64,000 nt of DNA. Source: an uncultured Bacilli bacterium. Its GTDB lineage: Bacteria > Bacillota_I > Bacilli_A > RF39 > UBA660. This document shows positions 28,912-39,621 of this stretch, one piece after another. The stretch covers positions 87,380 to 151,379 of the forward strand of contig CAKOSH010000002.1 of assembly GCA_934102215.1 (NCBI GenBank), given 5' to 3'. The translations under genes were made by a program, and so were the position numbers. Under the pieces are notes generated by a model. That model was not told the DNA's origin. It worked only from the letters and a program-made list of their open reading frames with translations, and ran no database searches. How positions within the stretch are numbered: the stretch's first letter is position 1; every line of letters starts with the position of its first letter.

Positions 28912-29564
28912 AAAAGATTTGTTTGGTATATCATGCAATTGGAGAAAGTAATAAATTTATGAGTGTTGATTTTAATCAATTTCAATTACAAATAGATTAC
29001 TTGATAAGAAAAAAGTTTGAGTTTTGTCATATCGAAGAACTTTTAAACAAGAATAATGGAAACAATGTATGCATATTTTTCGATGATGCATTGCCATCAA
29101 GTGAAATTGCAATGCAATATTTAGAAAAAATGAATATAAAATATTCGATTGGAGTTATAGAAAATAATAGTGTATGTATTAATTTTAAAAAATTAAATTA
29201 TGCTGAATTGTTATTTCATACAAAAAATCATAGGAACTTATGTGAATTGACTGAAGAAGAGTTAAAATACGAATTAAAAGTTGATAACCAAAATTTAAAT
29301 AAAAAAATAATTATTTATCCTATGGGCTTATATAATAAAAGAGTTTTGGAAAATGTTATTAATAAAAAATTTTCGATTGGATTAACAGTATTACCATTTC
29401 ATATAACAAAAAGAAGTAATAAGCTAAAGCTACCAAGAATATGTGTAAATGGTTATTTAAAATTGAGTAAATTTAAATTTTTTTTAACAAAATCAGGCAA
29501 TTGTTATTTACATTTAGCTTTTTTAAAAAGAAAAGTTTTAAAACAAAATTATTTAGATAGGTAG
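28908..29564 (+). CDS. Polysaccharide deacetylase-like (CE4/NodB-type) protein
   Basis: FFDDALPS (a TFDD-like motif 1) and HTKNH (H-x3-H motif 2). 218 aa. Confidence 0.4.
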   Translation: MKKICLVYHAIGESNKFMSVDFNQFQLQIDYLIRKKFEFCHIEELLNKNNGNNVCIFFDDALPSSEIAMQYLEKMNIKYSIGVIENNSVCINFKKLNYAELLFHTKNHRNLCELTEEELKYELKVDNQNLNKKIIIYPMGLYNKRVLENVINKKFSIGLTVLPFHITKRSNKLKLPRICVNGYLKLSKFKFFLTKSGNCYLHLAFLKRKVLKQNYLDR

Positions 29565-29571
29565 GTGTTAT

Positions 29572-30609
29572 ATGAATAAAATTTTAAGTGTAATAAGATA
29601 TAAATATTCTTTAAATCAACTTTTTAATTATGCAAAATACAAATTATCAAAAAAGAAGGAAATTTTAAATTATAGACCAATATGGACAATATTATATCTT
29701 AGCGATTTATGCAATTTAAAATGTAAAATGTGTCCCCATCACGCAAAAAATGATAATGATTTTGAGTTTCAAAAAAAATTAGGAAAAAAGTTTATTAGTT
29801 TAGAATTAGTTGCTAAAATATATGAAAAATTTCCGGAAACAATATTAGTAATGTTAGGTGGAGTAGGAGAACCAACGCTTCATCCAAAGTTTAAAGAAAT
29901 AGTTGAGTTGACAGCAAAGAACAGAAAGAAAATAAATTTAATAACTAATGGAACATTATTAACTGATGACACTATGGAATATATAGTTAAAGAAAAGTAT
30001 TTTAATCAAATATCTATAAGCTTGAATGCTTCTAATGAAAGTGAATATCAAAAAATTAGTGATGTTGATAAATCATATTTTTACGTAGTTGTTAATAATA
30101 TTAAGAAACTTGTTGAATTAAAGAAAAAATATAATTCGAAAATAGAAATAGTTGTTAGTGGAGTATGTAGCAAAGAATTTGTAAATTCCGCTTATGATTT
30201 TTTAAGATTTTGTGATAGTTTAGGAGTGGATAGAATTGATTTACATAGATATATTGACTTTGATATTCATGATTCATTAACCGATATTGATGAATTTTCA
30301 GATGACATATTAAAAATTCATCGATTTGCTAGTAAAAATATTAAAACTAGATGTAATTTACCACATCAAATAACAAAAACATCCTATAAAAAAGGTTGTG
30401 AGTGGTTCTTTAAAAATATATCATTTGATTCATATGGAAATATTGGAAGTTGTGGTAGAGTTATTTCTCCTGATTCGAGTTATGGAAATATAAACAATGA
30501 TGAAGATATATGGAATAATAAATACATGCAAAAAATGAGAAAAGATTTTATCGAAAAAGATGTTGTAACTAAATATTGCAAAAAATGTATAGAGAATCAT
30601 CAAATTTGA
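29572..30609 (+). CDS. Radical SAM enzyme with a C-terminal SPASM/twitch-like Cys cluster
   Basis: CNLKCKMC (CX3CX2C) near the N-terminus. C-terminal cysteines CEWFF...GSCGRV...YCKKC. Confidence 0.75.
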   Translation: MNKILSVIRYKYSLNQLFNYAKYKLSKKKEILNYRPIWTILYLSDLCNLKCKMCPHHAKNDNDFEFQKKLGKKFISLELVAKIYEKFPETILVMLGGVGEPTLHPKFKEIVELTAKNRKKINLITNGTLLTDDTMEYIVKEKYFNQISISLNASNESEYQKISDVDKSYFYVVVNNIKKLVELKKKYNSKIEIVVSGVCSKEFVNSAYDFLRFCDSLGVDRIDLHRYIDFDIHDSLTDIDEFSDDILKIHRFASKNIKTRCNLPHQITKTSYKKGCEWFFKNISFDSYGNIGSCGRVISPDSSYGNINNDEDIWNNKYMQKMRKDFIEKDVVTKYCKKCIENHQI

Positions 30610-30652
30610 AATATAAATATAAATAAAAAATATAATAAGCTGGAGTAATTTT

Positions 30653-31141
30653 ATGAATGGATTTCTTGTAAATGATGTATTTATTTTTATCTTTGATATA
30701 TCCTTAAGAAAAAGTATAAGTGAGTTTATTAATATGAATAAAAATAAGCTGTTTTATATAACTGAATATAATAAACCTTTTTTAGTTAATGAAAATTTAT
30801 TTTTTAATTTAAGTTATAGTGGAAAATATGGTGTTTTAGTAATATCCAAAAGAAATATTGGTGTTGACATAGAAAAAATAAGAAAATTTGAATATAAAAA
30901 AATTTGTAATTCATTATTTTCAAAAAAAGAAATTGGATACTGTTCTAATATTTACAAATTCTATACTTTGTGGACTTTAAAAGAAGCTTATATTAAATTT
31001 ATTGGTCATGGAATAAATGAAATTAGAAAAATAATTTTTGAAGTGAATGATAATAAGTTATATAACAGTAAAAAAAACTCAGAATTTTTTTCGTTAAAAT
31101 TTCAAGATTATATAATATCAGTATTTAAAGAAAAGGAGTAG
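30653..31141 (+). CDS. 4'-phosphopantetheinyl transferase (Sfp type)
   Basis: GVDIEKI (GxDxE) and WTLKEAYIKFIGHG (W..KEA..K..G) motifs. The true start may be an internal ATG. Confidence 0.65.
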   Translation: MNGFLVNDVFIFIFDISLRKSISEFINMNKNKLFYITEYNKPFLVNENLFFNLSYSGKYGVLVISKRNIGVDIEKIRKFEYKKICNSLFSKKEIGYCSNIYKFYTLWTLKEAYIKFIGHGINEIRKIIFEVNDNKLYNSKKNSEFFSLKFQDYIISVFKEKE

Positions 31142-31145
31142 GAAT

Positions 31146-32246
31146 ATGAATATAAGAAATAGATGTTTTATTACTATTAATGTTGATGAAGAACTTGATT
31201 TGAAAATAATAAAAAATATAAAAAAAGTTGAAGATTTGTCTGGAAAATATGATGCTATTATTTTAGGGTGTAAAGACCAACTTATAAATGAAAAGAAATT
31301 AGATGATATGGGATTGGTAAGATTTAAAGATTATTTTTGTATTCAGGAAATTCTAAAATTACTTAATAAAAAGAAATTATGTTTGTTATTGGGTAGCTGC
31401 ATTTTATACGACATAGATAAAATGATTAGAAACTCTAATTTATTTATGAATGAATATGAAATAATATATAAAGATGTTGATATAGTAGAAGAATTATCAT
31501 TAAATTTCAATTATCCTGATGAATTATTATCAAATGTTGATTTGTTATTATATACATTTGATAATTCAAAATATAGAATGAGCAATGATGATGTTATCTC
31601 TAAACTTAATAAGACATGTAAAAAAATATCTATTTCAGGTTGTATTTTCAGCGGATATTTTCCTCAAACAAATTTAGGAAAAAATGAAACGAATCCATAT
31701 GGGTATGAAGATTATATAAATAAAATTTTTATTTGTGAATTGAAAGATAATAATATTGATAAAATGATTAGTGCTGGTGAAAATATCGATAAAATAATTT
31801 ATAAATTAGAAAATGCAAATTATTATTCAAAATTATTTTTAGATGAATGGTTTGATAAAAGTTTGAGATTTTTAAAAATAAGTGAGTTAAATTGTGATAT
31901 TAAGGTGTACGATTTTGTTAAAAATAATTACAAAAATGATTTATTATATAGATCTTCAGAACATCCAACATCAATAATAATAAAAGAAATTTGTAATCAA
32001 ATTATAAATTTTCTTAATATTAATGATAAGAGATTTTTAAACGATAAAGTAACCAATGTTACTGTAGATATGCCAATATATCCTTCTGTTCTAAAATATC
32101 TTGGAATTTCAAAAAATAATGTTAAGATTTCTTTATGTAACATAAAAACAAAAAAAATAGATTATGTAACTTTTGAAGGATATATTAATACATATTATAA
32201 TTTGTATTTAGATTATAAAGAAAGGACAAATAAAAATAATGAATAA
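31146..32246 (+). CDS. Hypothetical protein (soluble, cluster-specific)
   Basis: 366-aa ORF, translationally coupled within the cluster. No diagnostic motif recognised. Confidence 0.4.
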   Translation: MNIRNRCFITINVDEELDLKIIKNIKKVEDLSGKYDAIILGCKDQLINEKKLDDMGLVRFKDYFCIQEILKLLNKKKLCLLLGSCILYDIDKMIRNSNLFMNEYEIIYKDVDIVEELSLNFNYPDELLSNVDLLLYTFDNSKYRMSNDDVISKLNKTCKKISISGCIFSGYFPQTNLGKNETNPYGYEDYINKIFICELKDNNIDKMISAGENIDKIIYKLENANYYSKLFLDEWFDKSLRFLKISELNCDIKVYDFVKNNYKNDLLYRSSEHPTSIIIKEICNQIINFLNINDKRFLNDKVTNVTVDMPIYPSVLKYLGISKNNVKISLCNIKTKKIDYVTFEGYINTYYNLYLDYKERTNKNNE

Positions 32247-33819
32247 ATATATTATTGATGATTATCTTGTTTTTAATGAAAATGTTGAAAAATGGAAAAA
32301 TAAATTGGGTTTATATCAAAATGGAACAGTAGTTATAAATTCTGAAAAAAATGTTGAATTATATGAAATAATATGTGCATGCATAAAATTAAAAATTACT
32401 TTTGTTCTTTTAGATATTATATTACCTGAGATTAGAAAAAATAATATCATTAAAGAGTGTTGTCCAAATGCATTAATAGATTCTAATTACAATATCAAAC
32501 ATATTCATGATAATAAATTAAACTTAAGTAATAATATTGCTTATATAATTTTTACTTCTGGTACAACTGGCGTTCCAAAAGGTATAAAAATTACGTATGA
32601 TAATTTATTTGCTTTTATGAAATCAATATCACAAAACATTAATTTTAAAAGTAAAACAATTATATCATTTACTTCAATATCTTTCGACATTTTTATTTTG
32701 GAATCTGTTGTTGCATTGTATAATAAAATGAAGATTGTAATAGTTAAAGATGAAGATAGAATAAATCCTAGTAAAATAATCAAGTTAATTAATGAGAATA
32801 ATGTTAATTTTCTTCAATGTACTCCTTCTGCTTTAAAATTATTGTTAGCATATGATAATTCTTTTATTCATAATATAGATGAACTTTTATTGGGTGGGGA
32901 AAAATTTGAATATAAATTATTATCAAAGATAAAAGAAAACTTCAATGGAATTCTATACAACTTGTATGGGCCAAGTGAAACAACAGTTTATGTTACTTTA
33001 AAGAAAGTTGATACAGAAATTACAGTTGGAAAAGTTTTTGATGAAAAAAATCATATTTATATCGTTGATAAAAACTTAAATGTTTTGGACCAAAATGAAG
33101 TAGGCGAAGTATTAATATGCGGAATATGTGTTGGTGATAATTATATAAATAGAAATAACGCTTTTTTTGAATTTAAAGGTATGAGTGCTTTTCATAGTGG
33201 CGATTATGGAAAGATAAATACTAAAGGTGAACTAATTATATTAGATAGAATTGATAATCAAATTAAAATTAATGGATATAGAATTGAAAAAGAAGAAATT
33301 GAAAATAACATTTTAAATATCAATGGTATTGATGATAATAAAATATATTATGATTCAAATGAAAAAATATTAATTGATTATTATATAGGAAAAAAGATAG
33401 ATGATAAATTTATAATTAATTATTTAAAAAAACTATTACCTTATTACATGATACCTCATTATTATGTTCAAATACCATATTTTATTTATAATAATAACGG
33501 AAAATTAGATATTAAAGCAACACATGAAAAATTTAATAGTATATTTTTGAGTGAAAATAAAAAATACTCTGATTTAATAAATTTTATAAATTCTATAGGA
33601 CTAATACATATTGATTCTATTAACATAGATGACACACTAATAAGTAAGGGGATTGATTCTATAGTACTTATTTCTATTTTGGTTGAAATTGAAAGAAAAT
33701 ATAATGTTAATATTGATACATATTTAGATACAATAAAAAATATAATGTATTTTAAAGATTTATATAAAATTTTTATAAATTTACAAAGAGAAAATAATAA
33801 TGGAGAAACGCATGAATAA
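32239..33819 (+). CDS. Adenylation domain (AMP-binding) fused to a carrier-protein domain (DltA/DltC-like didomain)
   Basis: A3 motif IIFTSGTTGVPKGI, A5 NLYGPSETTV, A8 INGYRIEKEEIE and A10 NNNGKLD. The C-terminal 80 aa carry the GIDSI phosphopantetheine-attachment motif. Confidence 0.8.
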   Translation: MNKYIIDDYLVFNENVEKWKNKLGLYQNGTVVINSEKNVELYEIICACIKLKITFVLLDIILPEIRKNNIIKECCPNALIDSNYNIKHIHDNKLNLSNNIAYIIFTSGTTGVPKGIKITYDNLFAFMKSISQNINFKSKTIISFTSISFDIFILESVVALYNKMKIVIVKDEDRINPSKIIKLINENNVNFLQCTPSALKLLLAYDNSFIHNIDELLLGGEKFEYKLLSKIKENFNGILYNLYGPSETTVYVTLKKVDTEITVGKVFDEKNHIYIVDKNLNVLDQNEVGEVLICGICVGDNYINRNNAFFEFKGMSAFHSGDYGKINTKGELIILDRIDNQIKINGYRIEKEEIENNILNINGIDDNKIYYDSNEKILIDYYIGKKIDDKFIINYLKKLLPYYMIPHYYVQIPYFIYNNNGKLDIKATHEKFNSIFLSENKKYSDLINFINSIGLIHIDSINIDDTLISKGIDSIVLISILVEIERKYNVNIDTYLDTIKNIMYFKDLYKIFINLQRENNNGETHE

Positions 33820-34627
33820 TATTTCTTTTATAATTTCAACATTAGGAAATTCTAATAAATTAAATGCTATGATAAGTTTTCTAACAAATTCCTTAAATGA
33901 TGAAGTAATTGTTGTTGATAATAGTGCAAATAATATTTTGAAAGGTAAATACAAAAATTGTATAACTATATGGGAAAAAAAATCCGGATTAAGTAACGCA
34001 AGAAATTGTGGCGCGCATTTAGCAAAAAATAATTTAATGTTTTTTCTTGATGATGATTTAATATTACCAAATGATTTTTTTGAAAGCCTAATTAATTATA
34101 GAAATATTGAAAATGAATTAGTTGGTTTTAAAATAACACCTGAGTATATTCCTGATTACTTACCTCAAAAATATTGGTATTTAGTGGGATACAAAAATTT
34201 GTATACTAAAAAAACTGTACTGAAAAAGAATGAATATTTGGGTGGATGTGCGTTATTAATGAGTAAAAAAGTATATAATGATATAGGAGGGTTCAATTCT
34301 AAATTTGGTCATACTAGAGAAAATATGGGTGCTAATGAGGATGTTTTATTTCAACAACAAGCATTAAAAAAGAAATATACAATTATATTTGAACCCAAAA
34401 TAGATATAATACATTGTTGGAATGGTAGTTATGAGTCATTATTAAAGAGAATTGAAATTCAAGCACGAAATGATTATCAATTAGATAGAAAAAGTATAAA
34501 AAAGTATTTAAAAATTTTAAAATTTCTAATTTTGAAAAAAATATATAAAAATCAATGTAGTAAATTGTTTTATTACAAAAAATATGTTACATATATTAAT
34601 ATGTATAAATCTGAAAGGAAGTGGTAA
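33800..34627 (+). CDS. Glycosyltransferase family 2-like
   Basis: ISFIISTLGNSN...VVVDNS...FLDDD GT-A motifs (DXD). Confidence 0.55.
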   Translation: MEKRMNNISFIISTLGNSNKLNAMISFLTNSLNDEVIVVDNSANNILKGKYKNCITIWEKKSGLSNARNCGAHLAKNNLMFFLDDDLILPNDFFESLINYRNIENELVGFKITPEYIPDYLPQKYWYLVGYKNLYTKKTVLKKNEYLGGCALLMSKKVYNDIGGFNSKFGHTRENMGANEDVLFQQQALKKKYTIIFEPKIDIIHCWNGSYESLLKRIEIQARNDYQLDRKSIKKYLKILKFLILKKIYKNQCSKLFYYKKYVTYINMYKSERKW

Positions 34628-34628
34628 A

Positions 34629-35351
34629 ATGACTGAATATGCTATAATTCTTGGCGCAGCTTCTGGAATTGGGAAAGCATGTTATAAGAAAATGGTTAGT
34701 GAATATCCTAATATTAGCTATATTTTGGTGGATAAGGAAGTGGTAAATATTAGAGATAATGATAAATATATTAAAACTGACTTAAGTAATAATAAAGAAT
34801 TAGAAGCTTTACTTAAAAAAATAGATAGTTTAAATGGTAAAATTATTTTTTTAGTTAATTCTGTTGGATATCAAGAAAATATTGATGTATTAGATATATC
34901 TAAATATGATATGCTTAAAATGTTTGAAACAACTGTTTTTTCTATTTTCAAAATTGAACAATTGGTTCTTAAAAAAATGATAAAATATCAAACAAACAAT
35001 CAATCTATTGTTAATATAACTTCGATTCATTCAAATATAATAAGAGAGATTGCACATTATTCTTCTGCTAAAGCTGCTTTGACAATGCTATCTAAGGAGT
35101 TAGCATATAGAGTTGCTGAACATAATATAAGGATAAATTGTATTGAACCTGGGTCAACACTTACACCTTTATTAAAGAAAGACTTATATAATGATACTTT
35201 AATAAATGAGGCTGCAAAAAATATTCCCATGAAAAGACATGCATATCCTGAAGAAATTGCTGAATTAGCATGGTTTTTAGTGTCTGAAAAGTCAAAATAT
35301 ATAACAGGCGTTTCAATACAATGTGATGGTGGTTTGTCACTAATAATATAA
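34629..35351 (+). CDS. Short-chain dehydrogenase/reductase (SDR)
   Basis: ILGAASGIGKA Rossmann motif, catalytic YSSAKAA (YxxxK) and a C-terminal GGL motif. Confidence 0.75.
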   Translation: MTEYAIILGAASGIGKACYKKMVSEYPNISYILVDKEVVNIRDNDKYIKTDLSNNKELEALLKKIDSLNGKIIFLVNSVGYQENIDVLDISKYDMLKMFETTVFSIFKIEQLVLKKMIKYQTNNQSIVNITSIHSNIIREIAHYSSAKAALTMLSKELAYRVAEHNIRINCIEPGSTLTPLLKKDLYNDTLINEAAKNIPMKRHAYPEEIAELAWFLVSEKSKYITGVSIQCDGGLSLII

Positions 35352-35367
35352 TAAGGTAATGTAATAT

Positions 35368-36588
35368 ATGGGTGAGTTAGGTATAAATTTAGGATGGTAT
35401 GAACATTCTGTTATAGAATTTTCAAAATATATAGATAAGTGTTTAAAACTTAACATAAAATATGTTAGGGTAGTTTTGTCATCTTGGAGTTTAAATGCAT
35501 TAATGGATTTTAACAAGATTAAAGAATTATATTATGTATTAGATTTATGCAATAAAAATAATATTGCTGTTCATTTAGTATTAATGAATTTTGTTGATTT
35601 TAAAGATAATGTGTACAATGATACAAATAATGATAAATACTCTTGGAAATATAATAAGTATCATAAAGAAAATAAATTCGATAAGAAAATGTTTTTTAAA
35701 CATTTTGATTCTAATCTAAAAAGTGATATTGATAATCTTTTTCAAGGCATATTAAAATATGACAATATTAAAAAGGTAGAAATAATGAATGAAGTTGATC
35801 AACTTGAAATAAATGAAAAAATAATCTTCTCATGGATTAATGAAATAGTTTTCTTTTTAAAAATGAAATATCCAAATTATGAGTATATTGTAAGTATTTC
35901 AGATTATACGAAATTTAAAAAATATAAAAAAAATATATTGTGTAATGTAGATTTGCATATGTATAGTTTTCCTTATGACTATATGAGTTTAAATATGATA
36001 AAAACAGATACAAGATTTGTAGGTGAATATGCAAAATATTCTGATAGACCAAATATTGAAGCACTAAATTCAAAAATTTATTTTGCTTCTGGTTTATGGT
36101 TATCAAGTTTATTAAATTATGAAATTACACCTTTACATTGGTGGTGGAATGAAGTTATTTTTTCTAAAGATTATCAAGATATAATAAAAAATTTTAATTC
36201 AAATAAATTTTCTTTGGATTCAGTGGAATATGAGTTAATAAATATGAATTGTATAGGTGATAAAATTGATAGACATGAAATGAAAAAAGTATTTGTTAGA
36301 TTGAGCAGTTTATTTTTACATCCAAGTCGTATTTTTGATGAATATAATAATATAAAAAAATATATAAGTAAAAAAATTTTTAGTAGAAATAAATTTATAT
36401 ATTTTAAAAAAGATGAATTATTCTTTATAGAAACATATAGCACAATAGATATTAGTAACCTTTGTTTAAATAAATGTTTATGTATTTACGACGTGATTAA
36501 TAAGATAAAGTTTTCAAAAAAGAAAATATTGTCACCTGGATTATATATAGTTGGAGATGTTGAAAATGAAGTTTTTAGTAGGCTGTGA
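35368..36588 (+). CDS. Hypothetical protein, possibly a TIM-barrel glycoside-hydrolase-like (GH5/GH113-type) fold
   Basis: 406 aa. IMNEVD resembles the GH5 NEP acid/base motif. Weak. Confidence 0.35.
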   Translation: MGELGINLGWYEHSVIEFSKYIDKCLKLNIKYVRVVLSSWSLNALMDFNKIKELYYVLDLCNKNNIAVHLVLMNFVDFKDNVYNDTNNDKYSWKYNKYHKENKFDKKMFFKHFDSNLKSDIDNLFQGILKYDNIKKVEIMNEVDQLEINEKIIFSWINEIVFFLKMKYPNYEYIVSISDYTKFKKYKKNILCNVDLHMYSFPYDYMSLNMIKTDTRFVGEYAKYSDRPNIEALNSKIYFASGLWLSSLLNYEITPLHWWWNEVIFSKDYQDIIKNFNSNKFSLDSVEYELINMNCIGDKIDRHEMKKVFVRLSSLFLHPSRIFDEYNNIKKYISKKIFSRNKFIYFKKDELFFIETYSTIDISNLCLNKCLCIYDVINKIKFSKKKILSPGLYIVGDVENEVFSRL

Positions 36589-37474
36589 TGTAAAAAATGA
36601 TTCACTAAAAATATTTGATTATGATTTTAAAAATAGTACATATTTTATTAATACAATTAATGTCGAGTATATATCTTGCATGTATAGTGTTAATAAGACT
36701 ATATATGCTTTAACTGATCTTAATTTTAAAAATAGCAATACTGGTGGTTATTTAAATATAATTACAGGAGATAAAGTTAAAAAAGTAATGTTAAACTCTG
36801 AAAATCCTTGTCATATTGCAAAACATAAAAACGATTTTTTTATATCAAATTGTTCTTCTAATTTTATAACTGTATATAATATCAAGAAAAATATAGAAAA
36901 GAAAATTCCGTTAAATTGTAATTCTAATACGCATTTTACTTTTTTTACTAAATATGGATTGTTAATAATTGATTCAATGAGAAATCAATTATTAGTATAT
37001 AATAAATCTAAAATAACAATGTTATATCAATTTAAAATGAATGATTTTCCAAGACAATTTTGCGTGCATGACAAAATCTTATATGTTATTTGTGAAAAAT
37101 CGTGTAATTTATATAGTCTTGAATTAAAAAATAATTGTGTAAAATTAGTTAATTTACAAAACTTTAAATTTGATAAAAATTCTACTGGTTGTGTAATTAA
37201 AAGTATAGATAAGAATATATTGATGTGTACAATAAGAGGGAGTAATAAAATATTAATATTCAATGTGAAAAATAAAATACCTGTATTGATAGGAACATAT
37301 GATAGTGAAGGCAACTGTCCAAAGGATTTTATTGTTAAAGATAAAATTCTTTTAGTAGTAAATGAAAAATCAAATTCTATATCAATTTTTAAAATTGAAA
37401 ATGGCTATAAATTAAAACTAATAAAAAAAATAAAAAGAATCATTAGCCCTGCGTGCATATCTTTTTATGGTTAA
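36551..37474 (+). CDS. Hypothetical protein (possible beta-propeller)
   Basis: 307 aa. Repetitive beta-rich composition. No diagnostic motif. Confidence 0.35.
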   Translation: MEMLKMKFLVGCDVKNDSLKIFDYDFKNSTYFINTINVEYISCMYSVNKTIYALTDLNFKNSNTGGYLNIITGDKVKKVMLNSENPCHIAKHKNDFFISNCSSNFITVYNIKKNIEKKIPLNCNSNTHFTFFTKYGLLIIDSMRNQLLVYNKSKITMLYQFKMNDFPRQFCVHDKILYVICEKSCNLYSLELKNNCVKLVNLQNFKFDKNSTGCVIKSIDKNILMCTIRGSNKILIFNVKNKIPVLIGTYDSEGNCPKDFIVKDKILLVVNEKSNSISIFKIENGYKLKLIKKIKRIISPACISFYG

Positions 37475-37500
37475 GCTTATTTAGGAAGGAATATAACAAT

Positions 37501-38505
37501 ATGTTTAGTGTAGTGATTAAAAGTGATTTGAATGAAAAAGATATTAAGGATTGGAAATATCTTTGGAAAAATTCCAAATATAGAAGAGTATATAATTCTT
37601 ATGAGTGGTATAATTCATGTAAAAAGAATTTTAAAGGCAAATATTTGGCTTTATATGTTTACAAAGATAATAAATTGGCGGCTATTTTACCATTTAAAGT
37701 ATTATTTGGCAAAGTTTATGTTTCACCAGGTGGTAGATTTATAGATAAAAGTTCAAATTTATTTAAAGAAAATTGTAATATAATTAATTTTGTAATAAAA
37801 AAGCAATTAAAAAATAAAATAATTATATTTAAAGAAGTTCCAGAAGAAGAATTGAAATTTTATGATAATGAATGCTTTTGCAAAATGAGTTCTATTAATC
37901 CATATGCTAAAATTGATGAAAATTTATCAGTAATTTCTAAAAGAACAATTAAAAATATAAATAAAATATTAAATGAAAATAATGGTGACTTTTCATTAAA
38001 AATATATAAAGGCGATAATATAAGAAATAATATAAATACTGTCTTTGAAATTGAAAAAAATAGTAATAAAGTAAAAAAGCATAGAACTATTTTTAATAGC
38101 AAAAAGGTTTGTAATTTTTTTAACGATATATCATCATATGAAGGAACAAGATTATTTGTTTTGGAATATAAGAGTAATAGTATTGCGCATACATTAGATT
38201 TTTTGAATAGTGATTATCTACTAGGTTGTCACACTGCCTATTTAGATGAATATAGTAAGCTATTGCCAGGAAAAATATTAACATATTTTGTAATGCGTTA
38301 TTGCTATGCAAACGATATATTAAAATATGATTTTTCAAGAGGTGAATGTGATAAAAAAAATCAATTTGCTAAAGACAAAACATATAATTATAATTTAATA
38401 TATTGTGGTTATTGTTTAAAGCTAATTTTAAAATTATATTATAAAATAATTTATTTAATGAAGATGGTAAAGAGATTTTTAAGAAAATATAAAATTATTA
38501 GATGA
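37501..38505 (+). CDS. FemAB/GNAT-like acyl- or aminoacyl-transferase family protein (tentative)
   Basis: Roughly 335 aa. N-terminal region resembles FemAB/BioF2-like acetyltransferase proteins. Start placed at the internal ATG at 37501. Confidence 0.4.
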   Translation: MFSVVIKSDLNEKDIKDWKYLWKNSKYRRVYNSYEWYNSCKKNFKGKYLALYVYKDNKLAAILPFKVLFGKVYVSPGGRFIDKSSNLFKENCNIINFVIKKQLKNKIIIFKEVPEEELKFYDNECFCKMSSINPYAKIDENLSVISKRTIKNINKILNENNGDFSLKIYKGDNIRNNINTVFEIEKNSNKVKKHRTIFNSKKVCNFFNDISSYEGTRLFVLEYKSNSIAHTLDFLNSDYLLGCHTAYLDEYSKLLPGKILTYFVMRYCYANDILKYDFSRGECDKKNQFAKDKTYNYNLIYCGYCLKLILKLYYKIIYLMKMVKRFLRKYKIIR

Positions 38506-38587
38506 AAAAAACTGTTATTAATATGAGATAAGGATTTTATTTTAAAAAAATAAATGCTATAATTACAAATAGTGAGTGGTGATTTAA

Positions 38588-39613
38588 ATGATTACGTATG
38601 CTGGAACGTTTATTACTGGTTTTTCAAGTGTGGTAGAAGATAATTTGAAATCAAAAATTAATAATTGTGAAATATTAACTGTATTAGATGGATTAATAAT
38701 ATTTAGATGTAGTGAAGATATATTGAACTCAAGAATTCCGTTTTTGAACAATATATATTATGTTATTGATTTTAAACAGACAGATTCAAATACTAATTAT
38801 AATTTTTCTTTACAAAATTTTGCTAAAAAAGTTAATGTTAATATAAATGAACTAAAAAAATTTATTAAGAAAAATAGTGATTTTAAAATATTAACTATAG
38901 ATAAAAACCAGCCTACAAGTGTAAACTTTAAACTGATTGAACCATTAGAAAAGTTGATTATATCAAAATGTGGATTAAGGCTTAATAAGAGAAATCCTAA
39001 AACTGAATTTATTATTTTAAGAAGAAGTGAGGATCTTATATTATTTATGTTAAAAATATCTAACAATCGCCAAACAGAAAAAACATTGAAAAAAGGTGAA
39101 TTACGACCTGAACTTGCTAATTTAATGATATCTCTTTCAAATCTTAATGATACTGATATAGTTATAGACCCATTTTGTGGTAGTGGTGCAATACCTAAAG
39201 AAGTTATAAGACATTTTCCATATAATATGTGTTTTGCAAGTGATATAGATGATAATTTAGTTTCAATATTAAAAAAAGAGTATAAAGAAAATAATAAAAA
39301 ATTATTTATCAAAAAGAGAGATGCTTTAGATTTGAGCTATTTTGAAAATAATTTTATTGATGCCATTATAACTGATCCCCCATGGAATGTATACAATAAA
39401 CAAGATATAAATTTTGAAAAATTTTACGAAAAAATGTTGATTAGTTTTAAAAGAATTTTAAAAGATAGTGGTTGTATAATTATTTTAATGGGTAACATTG
39501 AAGAATTTGAAAAAGCTTTGTCTTTAGTTCCAGAATTAATTTTATTTAATAAAATTGATACTCTAGTTAATGGTAAGAAGGCAAGTGTGTATGTAATAAA
39601 GAAACACATATAG
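38588..39613 (+). CDS. Class I SAM-dependent methyltransferase, THUMP/UPF0020 family (m2G RNA or N6-adenine type)
   Basis: Motif I VIDPFCGSGAIP followed by motif IV ITDPPW, with about 170 aa N-terminal to motif I. Confidence 0.55.
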   Translation: MITYAGTFITGFSSVVEDNLKSKINNCEILTVLDGLIIFRCSEDILNSRIPFLNNIYYVIDFKQTDSNTNYNFSLQNFAKKVNVNINELKKFIKKNSDFKILTIDKNQPTSVNFKLIEPLEKLIISKCGLRLNKRNPKTEFIILRRSEDLILFMLKISNNRQTEKTLKKGELRPELANLMISLSNLNDTDIVIDPFCGSGAIPKEVIRHFPYNMCFASDIDDNLVSILKKEYKENNKKLFIKKRDALDLSYFENNFIDAIITDPPWNVYNKQDINFEKFYEKMLISFKRILKDSGCIIILMGNIEEFEKALSLVPELILFNKIDTLVNGKKASVYVIKKHI

Positions 39614-39621
39614 GAGATTAT